IMG/VR virus record: IMGVR_UViG_3300043774_000656
Location: 32,001 to 96,000 of that record
Strand: one strand, 5' to 3'
DNA length: 64,000 nt
DNA from: a virus
The notes beneath the pieces were generated by a model, which was not told the origin of the DNA, did no database searches, and saw nothing but the letters and a program-made list of their open reading frames with translations. This document shows positions 57,387 to 64,000 of this stretch, piece by piece; position 1 is the stretch's first letter, and each line of letters begins with the position of its first letter. Made by a program: the position numbers and the translations under genes.

Positions 57387-57767
57387 TTAGTCTATTCCCT
57401 CAGCCTTTACGGCGTTTCGCCTCTCTTTACGGAGTTTACGCTTTTCGGTTCGGGTAAGTTTCTTTTCGGTATCGGATAGGAGGCTCATCTTAGTACCGCG
57501 CATTTTGCCTCGACCATTAAGTTGGGCTAAACGTACCGCATCCGCAAATAGATTTCTGATCTGACCTTCACCATCACGGCATTTACAAGCGGGGGTGCCA
57601 TCAGCCTCATAGTACCATTCCATAAACTCAAAGGTTTGATCCTCATAGTTCGCATCTACTATACGTTGGCCTGATCGGATGTCTTGCCATTCTGGAGGTA
57701 GATTGACAAAGCGATTGCGGGGAGCGGGGATACCTTGACCGAAAAATATTGTTTCTATCTGGAACAT
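57387..57767 (-). CDS. hypothetical protein, basic C-terminus
   Basis: probable start MFQIET at 57767. Confidence 0.6.
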   Translation of the reverse strand: MFQIETIFFGQGIPAPRNRFVNLPPEWQDIRSGQRIVDANYEDQTFEFMEWYYEADGTPACKCRDGEGQIRNLFADAVRLAQLNGRGKMRGTKMSLLSDTEKKLTRTEKRKLRKERRNAVKAEGID

Positions 57768-57768
57768 A

Positions 57769-58008
57769 TTAGTTAAGATTATGGGTGAGTTGAATATTGT
57801 AAAGAAGCTCGAGATGGCGGCACATACGGGTGAGCTCGATCTCAGTAAGTTCTGCAATAGGTATAGGTCTGCCAGTGATCCAGTTTAGAAATGACATTTG
57901 ATTTTCGTCTATCTCTATATGGACTTGGCGGCCATCATACTCTGGAAAAAGATAATGATCTTCTATAAGCAGAAAGCTGAGGCCTACTATAGGTATAAGC
58001 TTATGCAT
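57769..58008 (-). CDS. hypothetical protein
   Basis: 79-aa ORF coupled to neighbours. Confidence 0.55.
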   Translation of the reverse strand: MHKLIPIVGLSFLLIEDHYLFPEYDGRQVHIEIDENQMSFLNWITGRPIPIAELTEIELTRMCRHLELLYNIQLTHNLN

Positions 58009-58187
58009 TAGCGTATAGTCTTTTTACGGTTAGTGTCAAGTGTAGAGGCGATCTCTTGTGGAGTGCGACCTCTTTCTGTGGCACGTTCTATAAAGTCACG
58101 ACTAGTGTTTACCATTGAGGCTGATAGGGCGCTGCCATATCCGAGTTGTCTTAGTGACTGTTCTACTTGTTCGAAAATTGCTTTCAT
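58008..58187 (-). CDS. 59-aa early protein (not in ORF track)
   Basis: MKAIFEQVEQSLRQLGYG... directly after promoter leader. Confidence 0.65.
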   Translation of the reverse strand: MKAIFEQVEQSLRQLGYGSALSASMVNTSRDFIERATERGRTPQEIASTLDTNRKKTIR

Positions 58188-58205
58188 ATTGTGATTGTTA
58201 TGGGT

Positions 58206-58236
58206 CTAATATACTATGAAAAGAGCTAGGGCCAAA
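58206..58236 (-). promoter_or_regulatory. early promoter
   Basis: TTTG-N19-TATATTAG. Confidence 0.7.
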
Positions 58237-58248
58237 GCCTTTTGCTGT

Positions 58249-58488
58249 TTATTTTTGTGCTGTTACAAAACGTTCAGCCTGGTCATATACGTTTTTGTCA
58301 ACATATCCAAGCTCTACTAGCTTTGCTCTATAGCAGTCAAGTTCGTCATCTGTCATCAGCTTAAAAAGCTCATAGATACATGACTCATATCTGGCTGCTT
58401 TATGCAAGTCCTCTTCGTACTTCTCTGAGGTGCATTGTTCAAAGCAGTAGATGGCTTCTTTTACCTGGTCGGTGTAGTGTTCGCTCAT
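58249..58488 (-). CDS. hypothetical early protein
   Basis: 79-aa ORF. Confidence 0.65.
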   Translation of the reverse strand: MSEHYTDQVKEAIYCFEQCTSEKYEEDLHKAARYESCIYELFKLMTDDELDCYRAKLVELGYVDKNVYDQAERFVTAQK

Positions 58489-58703
58489 ATACCTTGCTCC
58501 ATTTTAAGTTGTTGTGCATGATGCTCGACTTCGCTGTAGACAGCTAAGTTGAGGTAGGTGTTATTCCAAGAGTTGAGGAATAAGTATTCAGCAGCCCATT
58601 GGGGTTCTATTGAGCGGAGCATTCCTGCTTCGTATGCTGAAAGTATTTCTTTGGCTTTAAGCTCTGTGGTGAGCTGATTGATACCGAATATATCTTCTGT
58701 CAT
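58485..58703 (-). CDS. hypothetical early protein
   Basis: start MTEDIF after promoter leader. Confidence 0.65.
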   Translation of the reverse strand: MTEDIFGINQLTTELKAKEILSAYEAGMLRSIEPQWAAEYLFLNSWNNTYLNLAVYSEVEHHAQQLKMEQGI

Positions 58704-58721
58704 TTGTTGATTGTTATGGTG

Positions 58722-58752
58722 TAAATATACAATGACTGCAGCAGAATCCAAA
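58722..58752 (-). promoter_or_regulatory. early promoter
   Basis: TTTG-N19-TATATTTA. Confidence 0.8.
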
Positions 58753-58838
58753 GAAAAAAACGAAAAAAACAGCAAACAAAACTGTTTTTATCTAACTTAT
58801 TGACAGTAAACATACTACTGATATGTCTGTTTTTAGCT

Positions 58839-58985
58839 GTCTAGAGGCAGAAAATAGCAGAAGATAGATGATAGTATGTCTGATAAAATGACTGTCTAGA
58901 ACAGCTTAAAACTGACCTATTAAGATACTGAAAGTCAGTGAGTTATAACCTATTGATAATCAGTCAGTTACGTATATAAAAAATA
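58839..58985. repeat. non-coding element (copy 2) with palindromic boxes
   Basis: similar to 50306-50440; 22-mer TATTGATAATCAGTCAGTTACG identical at 61398-61419. Confidence 0.6.
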
Positions 58986-59033
58986 TAAGCAGGTCGGAGT
59001 ATACTCGGTCCTCATTGAAGAATGATTACATGG

Positions 59034-59064
59034 CTAATATACAATGAAGGGCTCAGAAGCCAAA
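59034..59064 (-). promoter_or_regulatory. early promoter with no downstream ORF
   Basis: TTTG-N19-TATATTAG followed by ATGTAA. Confidence 0.6.
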
Positions 59065-59252
59065 GAAAAAAACAGAAAAAACAGCACACCCTAAACTACT
59101 GACTAGCAGTAGGTTAGGTAGAGCACTGAATATAAGTGGGTTAGCTATTTACACTGCACCGCAGCATTTTAAGGTAACAATCAACAATACACATACGATG
59201 ATGTAGCCAACAATAAGGGTCCACGTGCTTTTAGATTCTGTGCTCATTTTTC

Positions 59253-59939
59253 TTATACGATTTTTTCAAGGTTCATTTGAGTGATGATGGATTGCGCTTG
59301 TGTCAAGGCTTGCTCATACTCTTCTATTTCGTTTTTCAATTCTTGTATACGGGTTTGGTTGAACCAATCATAGTTGTTCATGGTTCTGATACAGTACTTC
59401 TGTACAGTATACTCACTTGTCTTGTAGTTATAGCGGATCTGGAACATTCTGGTACCATCTTCACCATTTCTGATATCCATTTCAACCGTGTCATTATCAT
59501 AGCGCTCTGCTTTACAACGAGGATTGAACTTGCCTTTAAGCCATGTGTCAATCTGTTGTACATATTCTTGTGCCTCTCGTAGCTTTTGCTTTCGTTCACG
59601 TTCTGCTGTATCTTGTTCACGGCACTTTTCAACTATCTCAGTCAAGCGATTCTTAAGTCGCTTTGGGTTGCCAATCAGCTCACCATACTTGATGTTGGTG
59701 GTGATACTGCCGTCATGCTTAGACCTATATCGTGTAGTTGCTATAGTGATCTTATCACCACATGGATCAATTGGTACGGGCACGTTATTGATAAGAGCTT
59801 TCATTGGCCAGTTGCCACGTTCATCTGATTCGATCTGGCACCTAAAGCCTAATGCTGTTATCAGATTGATGAAGTCTTGTTGTTGTGCCTGCCTTTCTTC
59901 AGTAGAGGCACTATAGCTGTAGATCTTTCTTACTATCAT
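59253..59939 (-). CDS. hypothetical early protein (coiled coil)
   Basis: start MIVRKI after promoter leader. Confidence 0.7.
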   Translation of the reverse strand: MIVRKIYSYSASTEERQAQQQDFINLITALGFRCQIESDERGNWPMKALINNVPVPIDPCGDKITIATTRYRSKHDGSITTNIKYGELIGNPKRLKNRLTEIVEKCREQDTAERERKQKLREAQEYVQQIDTWLKGKFNPRCKAERYDNDTVEMDIRNGEDGTRMFQIRYNYKTSEYTVQKYCIRTMNNYDWFNQTRIQELKNEIEEYEQALTQAQSIITQMNLEKIV

Positions 59940-59957
59940 TTGTTGATTGTTATGGTG

Positions 59958-59988
59958 TAAATATACAATGATTGATTCAGAATAAAAA
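59958..59988 (-). promoter_or_regulatory. early promoter
   Basis: TTTT-N19-TATATTTA. Confidence 0.75.
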
Positions 59989-60000
59989 GTGGGTTGCTGA

Positions 60001-60417
60001 TTATTTGATTTTGAATGCGTAATCGTCCCATGTCTGTGCTCCAGCAATTCTGTAGTTGTTCTGGCTATACAAGTTGGTTCTAGACCAATCTTGATTGATA
60101 TCACCTACTTTCATTGTCATGAACATCTCTTCATCCATGCTGTGGACATTTTTACCTTTGCGGGCAAATACAGTGAACCAATGTTCTGTACCCTCAGGGT
60201 TGAATTGAATAGTCTGAAGACCTTTTTGATTGTAGCTTCTGAAAGCATCTATAGCACTAACTGCATATCTGCAATCTGATACTGTCATAAAGCCTGCTTG
60301 GCATTTAACTATTGCTCTGAACTTTCCTTTTTGACCTTGTATGAAGTTAGTTACTCCGATTCTTTCTGAGTTAGCGAATGCTGTGGTGTTTACTCGTTTT
60401 AAGATAGTCTGTTTCAT
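60001..60417 (-). CDS. hypothetical early protein
   Basis: start MKQTIL after promoter leader. Confidence 0.7.
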   Translation of the reverse strand: MKQTILKRVNTTAFANSERIGVTNFIQGQKGKFRAIVKCQAGFMTVSDCRYAVSAIDAFRSYNQKGLQTIQFNPEGTEHWFTVFARKGKNVHSMDEEMFMTMKVGDINQDWSRTNLYSQNNYRIAGAQTWDDYAFKIK

Positions 60418-60436
60418 ATTGTTGATTGTTATGGTA

Positions 60437-60467
60437 CTAATATACAATGATTGTTTCAGCGGCCAAA
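60437..60467 (-). promoter_or_regulatory. early promoter
   Basis: TTTG-N19-TATATTAG. Confidence 0.75.
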
Positions 60468-60569
60468 GTTTTTTTTGACAAAAACAGCAAGCATTCCCCA
60501 CTACTTCCCCACCCCCACCTAACCAGCGGCTATGCCAACTCTGGATAGGATGGGGTTTGTTAAGGTTGT

Positions 60570-61079
60570 TTAGGCTAAGGCTTCAGCTGCTGCGTTCTTA
60601 GCTTTTGGGGTAGCTTTAGTCTTGGCAGCTTCTTTAGCTTTAGATGCTTTTTCAGCTTCTTTAGCTTTAGCTTTCTCGGCCTTTGCAGCTTCACGTTGAG
60701 CTTTAGCTTCTGCTTTAGCTTTTGCCTTATCGGCAGCTTTAGCATCACGTGCTGCTTGACGTTCAGCTTTAACTTTTGCTTTCTCCTCTTTAGTAGGAGT
60801 GATACGTACTCGTGTAGGCTTAAGGTTGCTTACTGTACCGTCTTCAGCAATGACTTCGATCTTGCGGATTTTAGCTCCAGCCTCTACCATCTTGTTGATG
60901 TGTGCGTTAGCTGCATCTGTAGTTTTGAAAGTCACACTGTCACGCTTCTTCTTGAATTTCACGTCACCTTTTGCACGTGACTTAGAATAGATGCGTACTG
61001 TCATTTTCTCGTCTACTGGTACGTTTACGAGGTTCTTGCTGTTTTCAGCGTTTTGAGCTTTTGCTTCTTTAGCGTTCAT
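60570..61079 (-). CDS. Lys/Ala-rich protein (histone H1-like tail)
   Basis: C-terminal AKAEKAKAK repeats. Confidence 0.7.
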   Translation of the reverse strand: MNAKEAKAQNAENSKNLVNVPVDEKMTVRIYSKSRAKGDVKFKKKRDSVTFKTTDAANAHINKMVEAGAKIRKIEVIAEDGTVSNLKPTRVRITPTKEEKAKVKAERQAARDAKAADKAKAKAEAKAQREAAKAEKAKAKEAEKASKAKEAAKTKATPKAKNAAAEALA

Positions 61080-61116
61080 ACTTTTTATTTTACTGGTTAT
61101 CGTTATTGTTATAGGG

Positions 61117-61147
61117 TAAATCTAACTAAAAGTTTTGATTCTCCAAA
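61117..61147 (-). promoter_or_regulatory. early promoter
   Basis: TTTG-N19-TAGATTTA. Confidence 0.7.
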
Positions 61148-61171
61148 GTTTTTTTGCTGTTTTTTCGGCAA

Positions 61172-61312
61172 TTATTGTAGGCCAATAGCTGAACCTAACC
61201 ATAATACTCCGTAAAATGCTGCAAATAAGCATACTAAACCTAATGCATTCAAAATGAACTCTTTAGGATTTTCAGTGTAGGCTTCTTTAAGGGTGGTTAT
61301 CATCTGTTTCAT
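61172..61312 (-). CDS. 46-aa membrane peptide (not in ORF track)
   Basis: MKQMITTLKEAYTENPKEFILNALGLVCLFAAFYGVLWLG after promoter. Confidence 0.6.
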   Translation of the reverse strand: MKQMITTLKEAYTENPKEFILNALGLVCLFAAFYGVLWLGSAIGLQ

Positions 61313-61331
61313 ATTGTTGATTGATCTGGTG

Positions 61332-61362
61332 TAAATATACAATGACTGTTTCAGATTCCAAA
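61332..61362 (-). promoter_or_regulatory. early promoter (leftward of divergent pair)
   Basis: TTTG-N19-TATATTTA. Confidence 0.75.
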
Positions 61363-61397
61363 GAAAAAAACAGTGTCTTTGCTGTTTTTTCTTAGTA

Positions 61398-61449
61398 TAT
61401 TGATAATCAGTCAGTTACGGTTAGTCCACTTATTTTCAGTCACTTAGCC
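61398..61449. repeat. pair of palindromic boxes at the strand switch
   Basis: matches boxes at 58951-58972 and (inverted) 50374-50401. Confidence 0.6.
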
Positions 61450-61554
61450 CGGTCATTATTAAATGCGTGCACATACATGCCCGCCCGTATCAACAACCAT
61501 GCCAAAGTCCCCTCTTTGTTAACAAGTATTTGTCAAGTTTTTTCCGTTTTTTTC

Positions 61555-61585
61555 TTTGGCCAGAACAAATGTCATTGTATATTTA
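61555..61585 (+). promoter_or_regulatory. early promoter (rightward of divergent pair)
   Basis: TTTG-N19-TATATTTA-CACCATAACAATC. Confidence 0.8.
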
Positions 61586-61603
61586 CACCATAACAATCAG
61601 CAA

Positions 61604-61870
61604 ATGACACACAAAGAATTTACCCTTACCGTCAAAAAAACTATCTATGAAACTAGTGGATCCGTGAAGGCCACACTATACCGCAAAGGTGAGCAAATCA
61701 CAGTAGACGAAACCACCTTTTTGGATCTACAAGCAGGTCACCGCTATGCTAAGTACACCAACAGCGGAGTAGTCTATCTAAGTAAAGACCTTTTCGAAAA
61801 CGAGGTCACCTGCACCACAGTTGAGGTCAGCTATACCACCAGGAAACTTGGTCAACGTAAATCAAAATAA
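61604..61870 (+). CDS. hypothetical early protein
   Basis: start MTHKEF after promoter leader. Confidence 0.7.
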   Translation: MTHKEFTLTVKKTIYETSGSVKATLYRKGEQITVDETTFLDLQAGHRYAKYTNSGVVYLSKDLFENEVTCTTVEVSYTTRKLGQRKSK

Positions 61871-61882
61871 TCAGCAAACCTC

Positions 61883-61913
61883 TTTGGCCCCTCAACCTTT
61901 CATAGTATATTAG
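61883..61913 (+). promoter_or_regulatory. early promoter
   Basis: TTTG-N19-TATATTAG. Confidence 0.75.
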
Positions 61914-61931
61914 TACCATAACAATCAACAA

Positions 61932-62174
61932 ATGACAAAGACCCTTTTTAAACTTAAAAGCCTTACAGATTACCTGAACGGCCAATGCAGACCATCTGCC
62001 GCTCACACAATCTCTAAGTACGGCAAGATGTATACCATCATCGGAGACCGTGAGCAATACGTCTACGTAGATGCAGCAGACGTGAAAAACATCCTCGTCC
62101 CACAACTTTACCGCGAATGCTCAGCATCCGTGACCCAGTTCAACCTTTCTGTAAACGACATCAAAAAGTTCTAA
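61932..62174 (+). CDS. hypothetical early protein
   Basis: 80-aa ORF after promoter. Confidence 0.7.
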   Translation: MTKTLFKLKSLTDYLNGQCRPSAAHTISKYGKMYTIIGDREQYVYVDAADVKNILVPQLYRECSASVTQFNLSVNDIKKF

Positions 62175-62175
62175 G

Positions 62176-62346
62176 ATGACCACAACTTTCACAGGAGCAG
62201 AAAAAGTCCTCTATCGCGCAGAATACCAATTTGCCATTGACGTGCTAAAGCTTACAGAAGCTGAAGCAACCGAAAAGGCAATGAGTAAGATCCTCTCCAC
62301 GAGAGCCCTAAGCAAAAAAGTAAAACGATCAGAATACGGTCACTAA
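62176..62346 (+). CDS. 56-aa protein (not in ORF track)
   Basis: MTTTFTGAEKVLYRAEY..., fills gap. Confidence 0.55.
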   Translation: MTTTFTGAEKVLYRAEYQFAIDVLKLTEAEATEKAMSKILSTRALSKKVKRSEYGH

Positions 62347-62356
62347 TCCCAACAGC

Positions 62357-62893
62357 ATGAAAACAGTCAATGTATACCAGTTCCATGAGCTCCCAGCGGC
62401 TATACAAGAAAAGGTCCTTAATGACTTCAACACCGATCCTCTATACGATCACGATCCTATACTAGAAGGCATGAAAGAGGATCTAGAAGCTATAGGACTA
62501 GGAGACGTCGAGATCGAGTACTCAGGCTTCTGGAGTCAAGGAGATGGACTCAGCTTTACGGCCAGTATCGACGACATGTTTAAATTCTGTAACCATATAG
62601 GAGTGCCAGCCATGACAGATACAGACGGCTCATTCTATAGAACCACAAGTCGGTATCAACACGAGAACACTTGTACAACCGAGCTCAACTTCATTCAAGC
62701 CCCGGAGTCTAAGGAGCATGAAGAGCAACTGGCCACTACCGCTGCGGCCATAGAGCTTTGGAGAAAGGACGAATGCAAACGCCTTTACAGAGTCTTAGAG
62801 AAGTACTATGACGAATGTACTAGCCGTGAAGCCATTATCGAGCATATGGAGGCCAATGGCTACCACTTCTTAGAAGACGGCCGCCCGGTATAA
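62357..62893 (+). CDS. conserved phage early protein
   Basis: VYQFHEL..QEK, YSGFWSQGDG, ANGYHFLEDG motifs recalled from a widespread phage family. Confidence 0.7.
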   Translation: MKTVNVYQFHELPAAIQEKVLNDFNTDPLYDHDPILEGMKEDLEAIGLGDVEIEYSGFWSQGDGLSFTASIDDMFKFCNHIGVPAMTDTDGSFYRTTSRYQHENTCTTELNFIQAPESKEHEEQLATTAAAIELWRKDECKRLYRVLEKYYDECTSREAIIEHMEANGYHFLEDGRPV

Positions 62894-62904
62894 GGCCCGG
62901 TCTT

Positions 62905-62937
62905 ACCTCTGGCGGTCTGTAATGGACTGCCAGAGGT
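62905..62937 (+). terminator. long hairpin after gene
   Basis: ACCTCTGGCGGTC..GACTGCCAGAGGT; no U-tract. Confidence 0.5.
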
Positions 62938-63238
62938 GTAGGTCACCCGCTAAGGCAGTACGCGCACGACGCACGCACACGCGGAGAGGCCGTTTCAGTT
63001 GTCAGAGGCATTTAATCTAGGACGGGCAACTTTACCTAAACATTACCTAGAGGCTACTATGAGGCATCTCCCGAGGGGTGTAGCCGCTGCCCGAGATAGT
63101 ATGATAGTAAGATAGTATTATACTATGATACTATATTGCCGGTCTACACGCGCATGGACGACGCGCGCACGATTAGGCCATGGGCTGCGGCTCTGCTGGT
63201 CATGTTGCTGAGATCCGGCTGGAAAAGAGGCAAAAGAC

Positions 63239-63269
63239 TTTGAAACAGAGAGCCATATGAGTATATTAG
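63239..63269 (+). promoter_or_regulatory. early promoter
   Basis: TTTG-N19-TATATTAG. Confidence 0.65.
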
Positions 63270-63292
63270 ACTATATGATAACCCTTATAGGT

Positions 63293-63421
63293 ATGCTTAT
63301 GAAAAAACGACGTAATCCAGAGGACCTGATGTATGCCTTAGCTATAGGCTTTGGTCTATTCGTAATTGTGATGGGCGTGATTGCTCTTATTGGACAATTG
63401 ATAATCGGCCTAATTGACTAG
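63293..63421 (+). CDS. 42-aa membrane peptide (not in ORF track)
   Basis: basic N-terminus then one TM helix. Confidence 0.5.
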   Translation: MLMKKRRNPEDLMYALAIGFGLFVIVMGVIALIGQLIIGLID

Positions 63422-63427
63422 AAAGTT

Positions 63428-63661
63428 ATGAGTAAACAAACAGCAGTAGAATGGTTATTGGAGGAATTAGATAACACCATGCCTCAAAGAAATGTTAAAA
63501 CATCTCAAGTCTTTACCGAGATATTTGAAGTAGCCAAAGCAATGGAGCGTGAGCAGATGCTGGAACTAATCAGCTTTGTCCGAGTACACAACAAGATGGG
63601 CAAGACTGCTGAGGACTTGCTGCAACAATTTGAAGCATATAAAGGAGGTGAAAAATGTTAA
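63428..63661 (+). CDS. conserved phage protein (KQTAVEWL family)
   Basis: MSKQTAVEWL..AKAMEREQ. Confidence 0.7.
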   Translation: MSKQTAVEWLLEELDNTMPQRNVKTSQVFTEIFEVAKAMEREQMLELISFVRVHNKMGKTAEDLLQQFEAYKGGEKC

Positions 63662-63810
63662 TTACTAAGGAACAGCAAGAGGCCATGATAGACGGCTATA
63701 TCCGATCTGGTAGAAGTCAAGACGAGGTCATTGGCTTTATTGATGGCATGGACAAAATGCTTGATCTAGTGGTGAGACTGGACCGGGCTAGACGAGAGAT
63801 AAAGCAGTAG
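63655..63810 (+). CDS. 51-aa protein (not in ORF track)
   Basis: MLITKEQQEAMIDGY..GFIDGM, overlaps previous stop. Confidence 0.55.
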   Translation: MLITKEQQEAMIDGYIRSGRSQDEVIGFIDGMDKMLDLVVRLDRARREIKQ

Positions 63811-63815
63811 AAGTC

Positions 63816-63847
63816 TTTATGGGTTGAGAGACTATTGGTTATATTTA
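63816..63847 (+). promoter_or_regulatory. early promoter variant
   Basis: TTTA-N20-TATATTTA. Confidence 0.55.
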
Positions 63848-63866
63848 CCCTACAACAATAAAAGAT

Positions 63867-64000
63867 ATGGATATAGAATGTACATTAAATCGTTTGGAAG
63901 GTGGATGGTGGTTCGAACTCGGTTTCAGCTATCAGAGAACAGAGTATCACCACAAACATAAACGAGTGATTACCATTGCACTTTTATTGGGTAGTGTGTA
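63867..64000 (+). CDS. hypothetical protein, partial
   Basis: ATG after promoter leader, open to the window end. Confidence 0.45.
   Translation, partial: MDIECTLNRLEGGWWFELGFSYQRTEYHHKHKRVITIALLLGSV

Noticed and set aside
60496-60555. G-quadruplex-like C-tracts
   Set aside because: Only three long tracts plus a short one, and a single occurrence; too weak to call
52788-61870. Repeated peptide YLHHNN / YIYTIT at the N-termini of several track ORFs
   Set aside because: It is the translated promoter-leader repeat (TATATTTACACCATAAC); the true starts lie downstream, so it is not a protein motif
50566-63870. Repeated ~30-bp motif as a CRISPR array or integron attC sites
   Set aside because: Copies are degenerate, separated by whole genes, not palindromic and match a promoter consensus; no cas or integrase gene in the window
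1-64000. Stop-codon reassignment as in some Bacteroidota or Lak phages
   Set aside because: Conserved enzymes are full length in the standard code, and TAA, TAG and TGA all end genes
1-64000. tRNA, tmRNA or rRNA genes
   Set aside because: No cloverleaf with a T-loop GTTCRA in proper context found by eye in the intergenic gaps; tRNAscan-SE would be decisive

Overview
64-kb segment of a large AT-rich lytic myovirus (jumbo-phage-like, T4-style contractile tail), standard genetic code, almost all on the minus strand until a strand switch at about 61.45 kb. A Bacteroidota host is inferred from about 21 copies of a TTTG-N19-TATATTTA sigmaA-type promoter, SD-less A-rich leaders and a Q-rule signal peptide. 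1-24 kb: baseplate, neck and fibre genes, with an amidoligase and a ribosomal protein S1 homologue embedded among them. 24-40 kb: nucleotide, repair and chaperone genes (dCMP deaminase, NEIL1-like glycosylase, ligase, RNase HII, UvrD-like helicase, PhoH, DnaJ, ThyA) mixed with small proteins carrying a T4-like capsid-targeting N-terminus. 40-48 kb: collagen-like fibre/decoration cluster and a GMP reductase/IMPDH. 49-64 kb: an early region of promoter-gene cassettes, palindromic intergenic repeats and GC-rich non-coding islands. Highlights: a candidate ribosome-takeover set (S1, an un-called 46-aa ArfA-like ORF, and a possibly packaged RimK-like ATP-grasp enzyme), at least 8 putative packaged cargo proteins, three promoter classes readable from sequence, and two candidate structured RNAs. 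All family calls come from motif recognition by eye; no searches were run.
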